NCBI GenBank assembly: GCA_030265395.1
Contig: JARFYF010000007.1
Coordinates: forward strand, 42,508,635-42,572,634
DNA length: 64,000 bases
Direction of reading: 5' to 3'
From: Rhina ancylostomus
Lineage: Eukaryota
A model generated the notes under the pieces. That model worked only from the letters and a program-made list of their open reading frames with translations. It was not told where the DNA came from and did not search any database. A program made the translations under genes and the position numbers. Within the stretch, counting starts at the first letter, position 1; every line of letters begins with the position of its first letter. Below, in pieces: positions 23,901 through 37,834 of the stretch.

Positions 23901-26354
23901 CATATAACAAGATTACAAACATAAAAATAAATCAAATTTGAATCTATTTTATTATTTTTCTTTAATAAACTTAGTAAGTGACCCTAATTGTAATGAAAAC
24001 CTAACAAAGCTTTTACAGCCAGATTTTTTAAAAAATAGAAAAAATAGTCCCACTATGTGCTGTTAGAATATCCTTTCTGCTAAGAATTCTCTCCAGCAAC
24101 TTTAATTTTTACATGTAACAATTGTGATTCTTATTTGATAAGATTTGTACATGGTTATTGGGCATAAAATGGGTGCAATGTAGGCTTTGGTCCCACTGTT
24201 AAATTTGCTGAATTTTATTTTGACTATATTTGCAATAGATAAAATAAACTGAGGGTTTTTTTAAACTATACTTTGCAAATTTCAAAAATATTAGTATTTC
24301 TAACCTCTTTCTGAAAATAGTTGCACCNNNNNNNNNNNNNNNNNNNNNNNNNNNNNNNNNNNNNNNNNNNNNNNNNNNNNNNNNNNNNNNNNNNNNNNNN
24401 NNNNNNNNNNNNNNNNNNNNNNNNNNNAGGAAGACCACATCAAAAATCAGTTAAGGTATTTTTAGCAGGCCATGCAGCCTTCAACTCCAAGTGTTTAAAA
24501 AAATTGTTTAAAATCCTTCCATTGAAACCAGAAAGAACATGAGCTCTTCCCTTGTCTCTATAGAAGTCTCTTACTTTCTCTATTCCATCCTTTCCTCTCT
24601 CAATTCACCCAAATTTGTAGCTGGTTTGACATCAGCCTTACAATTTACAATTACCTGTAACTAGCAGAGGCAGCTCACTCCAACTATGGTAATGAATTTC
24701 CTTCAACTTTTGCATAACTTTAATGTTGAAGATAGTCCTAGAATAATTTATAGGCTATATCACTTCTATAATAAAGTATCATTCTTACAAAATCAAATCA
24801 TTGTACAGTAACTTCAATTTTCTAACTTTTTCAATCCATAACTCAGAACTAACCTTAGTAATAACTTGAACACACATTCCGTGCCAGTACAAAAATCCCG
24901 TAAATGTTCACTGGCCATTATTTTTAAATGAGGATCAGCAAGAGAGTTGCCAACACTGTATTACAACATGTGAGGGCAGATTGTGGGAAGGGTTGTTGTT
25001 TGGGGGGGGCGGGGTGGATCTACAAAAAACACCACTTTTATTTCAGACAACCAACATTTCCCATTTCCTTGAGTCAGGCAGATAGACACTACTGTGTGCA
25101 CCCTCAGAAAACACTGTCCTTCACAGCAACAACGTGATCTGGAAATCCCTTAAGTTTACAATCTTGTGCCTATCTCTAACAATAATAAAATGTGGGAGAG
25201 AAACCACGGTGGCAATGGTAACTCAAAAAAACTTACAGATCATTGTGCCTCTCACAGTTGTTTAATGCAATCTCAAAGGGCCCTTTTAATGTCAGTATGA
25301 ATCCTGCCCAGATGCATGCTGTTGCCTAGGCCCGGCACTAGGTTATCCTCCTGCAGTGATCCTGACCATGTAGAATTCTGGCATCAATTGGCACCTGAGC
25401 ATCCACTCCCAAAGAAATGTTGGTTCTGAGTGGCCAGCCCTTGCATAGCATTAGCCCCAGGGTCTGGGAAAACAGTGGTATTGGTTGAACCCTTACCTGT
25501 CTTAAGCATATTACTCCTTTCAGGCATCAACACATGATGTGCTCATAACTAGTCATTCCTCTTAAGGGGTTGTGGCTGTCTTGAGGATTTTCAGCTCCAC
25601 CACAGCCCCAACAGTGTTTGTTGGTCTTGCAGGAAAATTGCCTTAGGACAGGCAATTGTCTCTTCAGATCTTGGAAGTCCCATACAATGCTGGGCTATGG
25701 GCAACCCTCATAAGCCATGATTTCAGCAGCAGGGTACATTTTGTTCTGCCATAAACCTAGTGTATTTAACTTGCATAATCATTTCCTGGAGCAACTATGG
25801 TTGAATAGTGAAATTTCCTGAGCCATTCTATATGATGAGAAAATAAATGGATAATGGCAAGTGCTTTCCTTATTTTACTTCATTGTTCTTCATTATTTCT
25901 TGGTGTTTTAATACATTTTAATTTTTTTAGTTTCAATGATATAAATAACTTTTTAATTGCTCTAATGTATTAATAGTAGTTTTAAATGCCTCTTACCATC
26001 AAAGACATTTTAAAAGCTATTAAGTCTTTTTATACTTGGTATCAAAGTTACTCAAGGCATCCCAGAGCTTGAGCTCAGGATACACTATCTGAGGTCTACT
26101 TGCGGTAAAAAGCTTATGTATCTCCAGACACCTGTTAGATTCAAGAATCTAGCTCATTCCAATAATTTCCCTTTGAATACCCTGCAATGTCCCAACACAA
26201 TCCATCCCTTTTTGTTTTATTTGATGTCTCCATTTATCCAGTTTTTGAAGTAGCTGTTCTCCTGCTGGTCACCAGTAGCTTGTTCTATGTTACATTATTG
26301 ATGCTTCTGTACTATCTACACAATGTAATTCTTTTCAAAAATGTTATTTCACAG

Positions 26355-26423
26355 AAAGCTATAAATTATATGGGAAAACACAGTCGACAAGAAGTGAAAG
26401 AAAATGAATGGCTGAAGAAAGAG
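26355..26423 (+). CDS. CCDC83: CCDC83 coding exon 6 (KAINYMGKHSRQEVKENEWLKKE)
   Basis: tttcacag| acceptor, GAG|gtatgg donor, 69 nt; ENxWLKKE motif as in human ENDWLKKE. Confidence 0.95.
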
Positions 26424-27904
26424 GTATGGATTTTTCCTACTGCATATTACATGCTTCAATTTGAATGTTCCAATGACAAGTGCAAAACCATTGAACACAG
26501 ACTGATCTTTTGTGTATCGATGATTTCCCTTTAATTAAAATGTTTACTTTGGAGTCTGTTTGGAGCAGTGCCAATCAAATGATCATCTGCTTTCTTGATA
26601 CTTTCATTTCTTGAATGCTGTTCAAGTGCACTGATTCACTTGGGTGTATGGGAATTTGGGCAGAATCTCAACTAGCACAAAGACAGATAGCTATGGTTGT
26701 TGGGAGCCAATTATCTCAGTCCCAGTATGGCAGTTGTTTCTCAAGATAATGTCGTATACCCATCTACTTAGTTGTGTTGCAAATATAATCCCTCATTTAG
26801 GTAGTTAGGATTATGGGATTTCACTAATGATTGCACAAAGTAAAGCTCCATTTGCTATTCTTTGGGCACTAAACAGACTTATTACTCGTATATAATCATT
26901 TAAAGATTTATTTAAATTGCTTCCCAAATAACTGTTTTCTAAATAACAGGGTATTTATTGTATGTAGATCCACACTGCAAAGATAGCTTGGATTAGAGAT
27001 CATTTGGATAATAGCCAATCTGCCATCCTGACATAAAACTGAATGAATAAAAAATGTCAATAAAAGTAAATTTGCTGGAAACTGCATGATGGAACCAGAT
27101 ATTCACTTTGAACCTTGTGTAAAGGCATGTTATCCAAAAGCTCCTACTATTGCAGAGGTGATGCCGAGAAAATCAGTTAGGCAGCAGACTGCTTTGAGGA
27201 GTTGGGATTAGGCAGTGGTTGGGGAGACGGTAGGAGACATGATTGGCAGTTGAGAGGTGAATTCTGTCAATGTGACTTTAGAAGAAGAGGTTGAGGTAGG
27301 TAGCACGCAGGAAGAAAAAAATAATTTGTCGAGGAAGTTGGTGTCTGAAGAGATCAACAGCAAGGAAGAGAAGAGGGTGCAAGCAATCACTGAGAGAACC
27401 TACTGAGATGGTGGGTGTACCAACTCCCCTGCAACAGTTCTGGGAGGGTCCTGATTCCTTTAAACAAAATAGGCATTAATTTTGGGCAAGTGATATCAAA
27501 ATGACTGTTGCAAGCCACTGTCTCTGCTTCCGAGGCTTGTTGTTTCTCAGTTGTCATGCAGCCTTTTCAACTTCTCGTTGATCTGAGCTGGGAGCAAGAC
27601 CACCTAGTAGGCTACCGGACGGAGTCAAAGAGTCTTGCATCTACAGAAACTCGTAGAGTCCTTTTGAGATGAACCCTCCAGGGGTTACTCACTGCCTCTC
27701 TGTCCTTAATAAGCTGTCAACAGGGTGGGACCTTGGGTGTTCGGGACTTGAACAGTTTGGCAGCACTGAAACATTCATGCATTCTGCTTAGCCATTAGTA
27801 GTTGTGCCTTCCATCAACTAAGCCCCAAGCTCTGGAAGTCCCTCGATTGAAGCTTTATCTCCTGCCCCTTTGACAAGGATTTTGCCTCTGCCTCAATTAC
27901 CTTC

Positions 27905-29830
27905 TTTAGAACATGGAACAGTATAGCACAGGAAAAGGCCCTTCGGTCTATGATGTTTGTGCTGAGCATGATGCCATGAAAGGAGAAAGTATACAGTTAA
28001 TGGTAGGCCCCTTAAAAGCATTGAAGTACAGAGGGATCTTGGGGTCTAGGTCCATAGTTTACCGAAAGTGGCTATGGAAGTGGGTTAAGGTGGTGTATGG
28101 CATGCTTGCCTTTATTGGTAGTGGTGTTGAGTATAAGAGTAAGGAAGTTATGGTGCCGCTGTATAAAACTTTAGTCAGACTGTACTTGGAGTATTGTGTG
28201 CAGTTCTGGTCACCCCATTGTAGGAAGGATGTGAATACTGCAGAAAGGGTGCAGAAGAGGTTTACCAGGATGCTGCACAGGTATCCCTAATCTCCCAGCC
28301 TAACTAATAACATTGATATGTTGACAAATAATTTTCTTTGAGTTTTTTTTGTTTGCATTGGAAGCATCTCTCTTTGTGTTTATCTGAGTCCCTCTCATGT
28401 CCATCTTGCTTTCACATAGTCATAGACTAGAAAGTCTACATTTTCCATCAAGAAACATTCGAACATTTTGTTTGGCCATTAGTAGTTGTGCTTCAGTCAC
28501 CTGAGCCCCAAGCTCAAAGTCCCTCACAAAGCATTTGGCATGTTGGCCTTCTTCAGTCAGGGCACAGAGTATAGGAGTTGGGGATATTATGTTGCAGTTG
28601 GTGAAGATGTTGGTGAGGCCACACTTGGAGTGTTATGTACAGTTTTGATCACCCTGTTATAGGAAGGACATCATTAAGCTGGAAAGAGTGCAAAGAAGAT
28701 TTACAAGAATGTTGCCAGGACTCAAGGGCTTTGACTTGAGGGCAAGGTTGGGCAGATGAGGACTTTATTCCTTGGAGTGGAGGAGACTGATGGGAGGGTG
28801 AGAAAAGGGACAGGGGGGGAGCAGTTCACTGGAAGTTGGAGAATTCAATGTTTATGCTGTTGGGTTGTAGACTATGGTAGTGGAGGGGTCCGAGGACAAG
28901 CACATCAGTGTGGGCATGGGAGGATAATTAAAATGACTGGCAACCAGGACATCCACATGGCTACAGCAGAGTGCGGGTGCTCAGCAAATTGGTCACCCAG
29001 TCTGTGTCCATTATCACTGATGTAGAGGATGTCACATCAGGACCACTGGATGCAATAGATAAGGCCTGAAGATATGCATGTGAATGACTGCCTCACCTGG
29101 TAGGACTGTTTAGGGCCCTGGATGATGGTAGGAGGTGCAAGAACAGGTGTTTACACCTCTTGTGGTTACAGGAGAAAGTGCCTGGGGAGGAAGGGGATGG
29201 GTGGGGAAGGATGAGCAGACCAAGGAATCTTGTGATGAGGCCTTCCACTCCAGGACATCTAAGATGTCCTCCTTTTCCAGAAAACAGGGTTTCCTCCGCA
29301 TTGTTATTGATGGAGTCCTGTGTCTCTTTTATTTCCCTACACTGCTGCTCTTAACAGTCTCTCCATCCCTAAACACAAAGGAATAGAATTCCCCGGTCCT
29401 CACCTATCACCCCACCAGCCTCTGTGTCCACAACTTCTGCCAGATGCAACGTGATCCCACCATCAGCCACCTCTTCCCCTCCCCACACCTTTCTGCTTTC
29501 TGCAGGGATCACTCTCTCCGCGAGTCCCTGGTCCGCTCATCCGTCCTGTGTTCATGGACTTTAGCCAGCAAGCATTTGACAAGACTCTTCATGGTTGGTT
29601 GATCAGGAAGATTAAGACGCAGAGGATCCACAGTGACTTGATAGTTTGGATTCAGGATTGGGCTGCCCATAGAAGAGGGTAGTGGTAGAAGGGTGTTATT
29701 TTGTCTGTGACCAGTGGCATTCCACAGGGATTGGTGCTGAGACCTCTGATTTATAGAAATGACTTGGATAAAATGTAAATGAGTGGGTTAGTTTGCAGAT
29801 GCTGCAAAAATTAGTGGAGTTTCAGTCACT
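27905..29830. mobile_element. Cluster of CR1 fragments with a Penelope-like fragment (~28790-29545)
   Basis: LYKTLVRLYLEYCVQFWSPHCRKDV...ERVQKRFTRML (CR1); FHSRTSKMSSFSRKQGF and ctcacctatcaccccaccagcc (Penelope-like); further CR1 RT text at 29550-29830. Confidence 0.8.
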
Positions 29831-30032
29831 GAAGGTCTCAAATTAGCAGGACCTTTCAGCTTGGCAATTTTCTTAAAGTAATTTTGAAACAAGAGACCAT
29901 GCAAGACAGAGAACCATTCTCTGAATTGTCTAGCCTAAATGACATTGATGTATCATCTGATACCATGGAACACACAAATACTCAAGTTGCAGGATCTGTT
30001 GATAACTGCTCTGGTAAAAATACTGTATGCTC

Positions 30033-30325
30033 TGGCAGGCATAGTAGTGTAGTAGCTAGCGTAACGCTATTACAGCACAAGCAAACGGTTCAATTCTGGC
30101 CGCCGTCTGTAAGGAGTTTGTACGTTCTCCCCATGTCTGTGTGGGTTTCCTCTGGGTGCTCCGGTTTCCTCCCACATTCCAAAGACGTATGGGTTAGGAA
30201 GTCATTGGCATGCTATGTTGGCGCCAGAAGCATGGTGACACTTGTGGACTGCCCCTGGAACACTCTATGCAAGAGGTGTATTTCACTGTATGTTTTGATG
30301 CACATGTGACTAATAAAAATATTCT
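30033..30325 (+). mobile_element. V-SINE (HE1-like), full length
   Basis: tRNA-like head (tagtgtagtagctagc...ggttcaattctgg), V core tgggtttcctctgggtgctccggtttcctcccaca, tail ending actaataaa. Confidence 0.85.
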
Positions 30326-30886
30326 TTTGTATCATCCAAGTTCAGGCTTTTGGAAGAGATTGAGAGCTTCAATTAAACTACTGAAATGTTTTTTTAAAAA
30401 ACAATATTAACGAAATGATGTTTTTTGGAATAATGTATTTATTTACCTTTTGATATTACACATCTTCGAATTTTCTTTAAGTAAGTAAAATTTAGATAGG
30501 TTTTTTTTAAATCCTAGAGGGGATTGGGCAACAAACTGATAGCTAGAAGTTGATGTACTCGCAGTGTTTTCCAAGATAAGTGTCTGAATCGATGGTTTCC
30601 AAGTTTAACATTGTTGAACAGGATTAAAGTTTGCAGTCAGAACATCTCTTGCATATACCTATTTTTCTAAACAAAAAAACTATGGATGTGTAATCTCCCA
30701 AATGATAGTTTTCAACATCAATTTGTTGAAATTGATTAATCAGTTAATATAGATTTTCCTCAGAAATAAATTAAATTTGTATTATTGAGACCAGAATGAA
30801 TTATTTAGTTTGATAACTTTGCTGTAAAATACTCTTTGGTAGAATTCTTTATTAATTTCATTTGTGTTTTCTTTTTACTTATGGAG

Positions 30887-31008
30887 CTTAAACAATACAG
30901 TATGGAAGTTGTTAATATAGAACAAGCTGTTCAGAAGGTTGAAGAGGAAAATCTAGAAATTTTGAATCAATTGTTTGATTGTCAGATCAGTGACCTTAAT
31001 GTATGCAG
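30887..31008 (+). CDS. CCDC83: CCDC83 coding exon 7 (LKQYSMEVVNIEQAVQKVEEENLEILNQLFDCQISDLNVC-R)
   Basis: Collinear with human VAIHRKEVEEL...[23 protein letters not shown]; 122 nt, phase 0 to 2; AG|gtaaca donor; requires a GAG acceptor. Confidence 0.88.
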
Positions 31009-31259
31009 GTAACACCTACATTTACTTAAATTTCTCCCATCTTATCTAAAGTGAGATCATATAGATTAATATGCTAGCTCAATGTATCAACTATTGGACC
31101 ATAATATTTTTAATGCTTTGATATCAGTACAAGTTGAAGTTTCAGTACTATGAATCAACCAAGCTTTAGGTATTTCTGTGAATTTTAGATTCAAATAGTA
31201 CTGCTCAAAATAGTGTATATTTATCCTTTCAATCTTTAACAGTTGATTATCCTTTTAAT

Positions 31260-31810
31260 GCAGAAATTGCCAAGTGTTGCATTTTGGAAAGGATGTATAT
31301 AAACTATTAGGACATAGTTCTTAAAAGGGTACAGAAATAAAAAGATCTTGGGATGTTTATGCATATGTAATTGAGAAACTAATTAGAGTATACAGGATCT
31401 GGGCTTTATAAATAACGGTATTGAATGCATGAACTTTTATAGTGCACTGTTTTTGCCACAACTGAAGTATTGTGTCCAGTTCTGGCCACCATAATAAAGG
31501 GAAAAAATGTGAGGACCTTACAGAGGATGCAGAAGAGATTATAAATAATGATACCAGGGACAATTTTAGTTATATGGATGGAATGGAGAGACTGTTGTTC
31601 TTAGTGTTTCAGAATTGATTAAATGGAAATCTGATAGAAGTCTTTAAAATTATGAAGGGTCTAGACAGTAGACCGAAACTGATCTTGCTGATGGAAAGGT
31701 TAAGAACATGTAATGAAGCTGATCAGATGCAGAGGTGGAAGCAGTTTAATTTGTGGTATTCAAAAGACAACAGTATAATTATTAGAAAAGTAAACAAATC
31801 ACCCTCTACA
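31260..31810 (+). mobile_element. Degenerate CR1 3' part
   Basis: gtattgtgtccagttctggccacc...ctgatagaagtctttaaaattatgaagggt. Confidence 0.65.
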
Positions 31811-31856
31811 GGTAAAGGATAGTGTCATCTAATGGTGCTTTGTCTGTTGGACTTAG

Positions 31857-31954
31857 GAACTTGGTTGGGATTTGTGCAGTTGGACCCAAAGACCATGACA
31901 CCAGCTTACTGGAAGGTGACTCAGCTGAATTGGATCACAGAGGCAAAACCTCAG
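31857..31954 (+). CDS. CCDC83: CCDC83 coding exon 8 (NLVGICAVGPKDHDTSLLEGDSAELDHRGKTS)
   Basis: ttag| acceptor, consensus CAG|gtaagt donor, 98 nt; phase 2 to 1 exactly bridges exons 7 and 9; protein similarity is weak. Confidence 0.78.
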
Positions 31955-33574
31955 GTAAGTGACAAAGCAAGCATCTCTAAACCATGCAAGGATTCTCCTT
32001 GAAAGTCAGAATCAAACTTTGATGGATTTCACTCTGTGTTATACAATGAATTATAGAAAATGTAATGACTTAAAAACAAAAGTAGGGTTAGAAAGTTGAA
32101 AACAAGATATTTTTTTTAATCAACAATACTTGCACAACATTTGATATTCAGTTAATGCCATTTCACTTAAAGTATGAAATACAATAATTTAGAATCTTAT
32201 CAAAGGGAAAGGAATCACCCTGCTGATCCCTACCTACCTATCAGTTCTTTGCTGCGTTGGACAGCACTTAGAAGTATTGAGGGTAGTAAGAACACAGATT
32301 GTATTCTGAGTGAAAGATGTCAGTGTCCATCAACAGTGTAGCTTGATGGCACCTAAATTGGCTGAGCCTTGAAGAGCACTCTTGTCAGATTGGGCCTGAG
32401 GTAGGTCATAAAAAAAATCAACGGGAGGAAAAATATACTCTACCTTTTCCTTATCAATTTACCTGTTGTAGACGTATCATTCGACAAATAATGTCATGAA
32501 CTAATCAGTACAGTCTTTGTGGAGAGGTCGTCCCATCTTTACATTGAAAACACCTTTTATCATTTTTCACCTCTAATCTAGTCCAACAGAATCTGTAACC
32601 TTACAGCTCAACATGTCTCATCACTACATCGTCCTCAAATCAGGGGTCGAAGCCCACCTGCAATGCAGTAGAGCAGGTCAGAAACAGACTAGGCATACCT
32701 CATAACTTTGCTTATGAGCAGAAATAATCCAATAAAAAAATGCAGTCAAGTTACAAAGAATAATCAGGCAGCAGTGATTAGAGGGATCAGATCATCCAGC
32801 TGTCAGTAAGCTTGTGGATGAAGACCAGCCAGAGGCCAGTTGGCCATTTAAGATGAAAAAGGCATTGCTACGCTGGAGTAACATGCTACATCCCAGTTTA
32901 TGGAGTTTTTTGCTGATGACCTATTGCCCTGATTTCAGGCATATTATGTGGAGATACAAAATAAGCTGCAAATGTTACCAATTTAATGAAAAATGCAAAG
33001 CTGAATGGTCTGGAATTGCTTTTTGTTATCAGCCAGCACTGATGGTTTGGTAATTGCAAGCTGGGTATTTGTAGGTTTTCGTAATGACAAGATGTGATGT
33101 CTGTTAATTTAATAGGTTGTTACATTTTCATAAAAGCAGTCTTTTATAAAAACAAAATGTAGTTAAATTTGAGTTTTCAAAAAAAGGAATCCACTGGAGT
33201 GGGGGTGGGGGGGAGCTGAGCTGAGCTAACAAGTAGGATCTCCTATGTTTCTTTGTCCATGATTCTGGGGAGAGACTAATGTGCCATTTGAATTGCAGCT
33301 CTAACATGCTTAGAAGTGGGGATGTTTGCTGATGAATGCAGTTTTCACTTCCATTTGCAGCTTCTCAGATAATGAAACTCTCTCCTTGTATGCAGCAAGA
33401 AATGATGTGCCACACAAACTCTAGGCAATGATTATTTCTATCAAAGTCTTAACCTCCTTCACTTGACATTCAAACCACCAAAACCATCATTATCTTCCTG
33501 GGAGCTGTGATACTTAACTGAACCAGTTACCAGAGCACATCAGAGGCTAGGAATCTTGCTGTGAGTGACTTATC

Positions 33575-34320
33575 TCATGACTCATACAGCACAGAAACAA
33601 GCCCTTTGGCCCAACTCATCCATGCCAACCAAGATGCCTTTCTACATGAATCCCATTTGCCTGTGCTTTGTCCATATTCCTCCAAACCTTTACTACCTAT
33701 GTACCTCCCCAAATGTCTTTTAAACATTTTAATTGTGTCTGACTCATTTGGCAGCTCATTCCATATATGCTCCACCCTCTTTGAAGTAAAACTTGTCNNN
33801 NNNNNNNNNNNNNNNNNNNNNNNNNNNNNNNNNNNNNNNNNNNNNNNNNNNNNNNNNNNNNNNNNNNNNNNNNNNNNNNNNNNNNNNNNNNNNNNNNTTA
33901 ATTGTGTCTGCCTCCTTTGGCAGCTCATTCCATATATGCTCCACCCTCTGTGCAGGAAAACTTGTCCCTCAGATCTCCTTTACATTAAACCTATGCCCTC
34001 TAATTTTACACTCCCCTACCCTGGGGAAAATGGCTGTAACTATCTGCCCTTTCTATGCATCTCATAATTTTATAAACCTCAATAAGGTCACCCCACAGCC
34101 CCTTTCATCCAGGGAAAACAGTCCCATCGTATCCAATCTTTCCTTATAACTCAAGCTGTTCAGTCCAGGCAACATTTCTGTGAATCTTGTCTGCATCCCC
34201 TCTAACTTAATCACATCTTTCCTATAGTGTGGCAAGCAGAACTGCACAAAATACTCCAGGTGTAGCCTGACCAACAATTTGTACAACTGTAACATGACCT
34301 CTCCACTCCTAGACTCGTGA
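33575..34320 (-). mobile_element. CR1 LINE 3' end (internal gap)
   Basis: EVMLQLYKLLVRLHLEYFVQF...SYKERLDTMGLFSL and HIWNELP...FKRHLGRY. Confidence 0.88.
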
Positions 34321-36009
34321 TGCACTTGCTTTCCAGTGCCACATACAAATCAGTCCCTGTGCCAATGAAAGCATGATTAAAAGAATCTAATTTAACTGAA
34401 ATTGCAACACTGGGTTCTGTCTTTTTCATTCATACACAGGAAGTGGGCATCGTTGGCAAATACTGTCCATCCTTAATTGTTCCCGAGCTGAGGAAGCAGT
34501 TAAAAATTAACAATACTGATGCATCTGGAACGACATAAGCCTAGACCAGGCATGTGTGGATTTCTTTCACTATGACAACAATCTAGAAGATTCATGATCA
34601 CTATACTGAGTCCAACTATCTTGCCTAAATTTTAACTTCCAAATTTGACTCCAAGGCATTTCCAACATCTGAGGCATGTCAAGAATGATGAAATAATGTC
34701 CATGTGTCTTGATAAATGTCAGTTCAATGCTAATAAAATTTAACACCATCCAAAGCAAAACTTGCTTGAGGGGGACCCTGTCCAATCCTGTACATACACT
34801 CCTTCCAGCATTTGCAAAGTGATTGTATTCCATAACCATCAACAGAATGTGCCACAACTTGAGTCCTCTTTGACATGCACAGCTTTCACTTTCATTTATA
34901 ACTTCTCAGATAATGAACCACCCTATCTGTAGCAAGAAATGATAAGTGCCACACAAACTCCAGGCAATAACCATCTCTATCAAAAAGTCTTAACCATCTG
35001 CACTTGACATTCAAAGACTTTAACATCATCAAATTTTCCCACATCTTCCTGGGAGTTGTGATTAGAACTCCAATATATGACCTTTGTCTGTTAGGAGATT
35101 AGGGGCAAGAGGACACCATCACTGGCAAGTTCTATCACGGTTACCACCGACTGACTTGGAAGTCCATCATCTTTCATCACCTCTGAATCAAAATCATGGA
35201 ACTCCTTACCTAACACAACATACTGTAACTCTCAAATATTGTGGCAGTGAAAGGCGAGCTGACAACCAGCTTCCTGAAGGCGAATTGGGATTGACATAAA
35301 TGCTGCAATAGTCACTGACACCCACATTCTAAGACAATTTTAAAGAATTGTTGCAGGGGTAAGTAGCCTTTTTAGAAAATGTCTTCAAGGAATGTATGAT
35401 TTCCCTAGCTGCTACAGTTAGACCATTGGATCTGTGATTCAAATCTCGACTAATAATTTAACTACATGGTGTCAACTTACCTAAACAGAATTGAATCATT
35501 TGAAGACAACTATAACTACCTCTCTCATACATCTAGCACTTGCAGCCAATATCAGATTTCTGCTTTATAGAATGCTCTGTCAAATAGGGAAGCCAATAAG
35601 TTCTAAAGGTCTACACCCAATATTTCAGTCCATTTTCTAGAGATTTTCAGTTAGTCAAAGTGATCTTTTGAATTTGCATTGGGGTTGGAAAGAAGTTGGG
35701 AGGTCTTGTGGGGACAACAGTCCAAAATATAGTGGTAAATTTGCTGTAACATGATTAATTTCAACCAACAAAGTAATATTTGTAGAGGTATATTTCTGAA
35801 GAGTATGATGAATTCCTTTACTTCAAGTCTTTTAAAGTGATTAATATTTCAAGACATCAGGGGTAACTTTTCTGTAGATGCAGTAACTGACTGGTTGTGG
35901 TTATAATGATAGTAGACTTTGAACTCAATCTATTTGAATATCATGAAACTAGTCGCCATTCATGATTTTTCTTCCAACCCCACCTGCAACTGATGGATCA
36001 AGTACTTCT

Positions 36010-37560
36010 TCAAATTGAACATGTCCTTTTGAGCCAGTCTCTCAGGAATGAGGATAACTTGCTTCCACTCTGGTTTTATGGGTTCTGAGGTGGCTGATAA
36101 GGCCATTATGGAACCACAGATCTGCCACAGTTTGGAGCAGGTGGGTGGGGAACATGTGAGGTGGCTCTTCCATTTCATCACTGAAGGAGTGGTCCATGTG
36201 CTCCTGATGCATACCTCCAGGGGCCTCACCACCATTCCAAATATTCCTCCTCTACTTTGAGTGGCCGTGGGTTAAACCTTCCCTGGAGTTGGTGGGGAAG
36301 CTGCAATTCTTCAAGGAAGCTTTGAGCACATCCTCAAATCTTTTGCTCTGTTCACTTGGTAATCTCTTCCAACAACAGAGTTTAGAAATGAATGTCTGTT
36401 TCTCAAGTCTGGTGTAAGGACTCCAAAATGTGGCTGCTTAGCAAAACCAGGTGCCTCTGTGTTAGGGATGTTGGTTTGGTTGTCCCCCCAGAGAAATTGG
36501 AGTATTTTGTGGAGACAACATTGGTGGTATTGTTCCAATGGTTTGAGATGCTTGTGGTAGGTAGTCCAATGTCCAAGCAGCATATAGGTGGCAGGGATCA
36601 CTGCTGCCCAGTAGATCATTAATTTTGGACCAGATCTTAAGTCTTGACCTTCAAATACCCTTTCCCTCAAAGGTCATGCTAGCACATTGAATGGTGTGAT
36701 GAATGTCATACTCATCACACCATTTCAATGGGGCCATATTTTCCAGGGTTTCATTTTGAATCTTTGTCAAAGGACAGTGAACTGCAGCGTGGGCAGGTTA
36801 GTAGAGGACCACAGTTGAGGATGTTGAATTTAAGACCCATCTTCTCATATGCCTTGGTGAACAAGAAGGGGGTGTTCTGCAATTTAGCTTCCAAGTATGC
36901 ATGAATACAAATGTCATCTCCATACCATAGCTCAATGACTTTGGCTCTTGAATATAGTCACCCTAGGTTGGGGCAGTTTCACATTAGTTCAGAATATGCT
37001 GCACCTCACCTCCAATAAATTCACAGGGATGTTTGTTGAAAGCAAGATGTAGCATTTCAACAAGGAACATTGAGTTGGGGCAATGGTAAAGGCTTGTTTG
37101 ATACTGGTCTTCACTGAGATTGGTTGATATCATAGCTTGCATGCCATCATGGAGCAAGTGCAAGAATTTGAAGAGGTATTCCACAGTCCCTGTCAATGAA
37201 GTCAGTGGCTTTGCTGAGATTGAAGGCAGCCATGTACAGTGACTGTTGCTACTCTCTACATTTATCTTGGAGTTGTTGTGTAATGAAGATCACGTTCATT
37301 GTGCCTCGAGATAGATAGGAGTCTACACTATGATTAAGGGCATAGCCCTTCAGCCACAGGGGTGAGATAGTTGATGAGGGCACTGATTTTTTCCCTGTGG
37401 CAGACCACAGAGAAACCCCCTCAGTAGTTACCATTGTTGGGCTCATCTCCCTTCTTGAGAATAATCACAATTTCAGCATCTGAGGTTCAAATATCCTCCT
37501 CTTGCCAAATGAGGGCAATATGATTATGGATTTGTTGAATTTCAGTTGCTTTGAGTACTT
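36010..37560 (-). mobile_element. RTE-clade LINE, decayed RT and C-terminus
   Basis: RERVFEGQDLRSGPKLMIYWAAVIP...WTTYHKHLKPLEQYHQCCLHKILQ, typical of the RTE ORF C-terminus; upstream fragments include LHLLHDGMQA. Confidence 0.8.
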
Positions 37561-37834
37561 AGGAGTTTTTTTTTTGCCAAAAGTGATGTGCATCACAAGA
37601 GATCAAACTGGTGGTGTACCAAAGAACTGACTTGAGCAGAGTTGCATTATGAAGAGCTAATGCTAGGAAATAACCTGCTTAACTTTGAATTCACCAATTT
37701 ATTTGTCCTAGCCCTATTTATTAGGGAGGTGAAAGGAGTAAATTGTCAGTCATATGAAAGGAAAGTTATTGGAATGATGTGGCACAATATTTACATATGG
37801 TACATTAAAGAGCTATTTTTAAGATCATTAAATT

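Noticed and set aside
27200-27410. Acidic, coding-looking stretch (LEEEVEVGSTQEEKNNL...)
   Set aside because: Contains in-frame stops and no clear splice sites; not needed for the CCDC83 model; probably a decayed repeat.
29884-30309. 141-aa ORF with TQVAG resembling CCDC83 TQAAG
   Set aside because: Wrong position (upstream of exon 7), no convincing splice sites, and most of the ORF runs through a V-SINE; the gene model closes without it.
33730-33950. Duplicated HIWNELP segment around a gap
   Set aside because: Same gap-flank overlap pattern inside a CR1 tail; likely an assembly artefact.
33340-35060. Two similar ~150-bp segments at ~33360 and ~34900
   Set aside because: Both are fragments of an old dispersed LINE family also seen near 26800 and 56440; not a novel repeat system.
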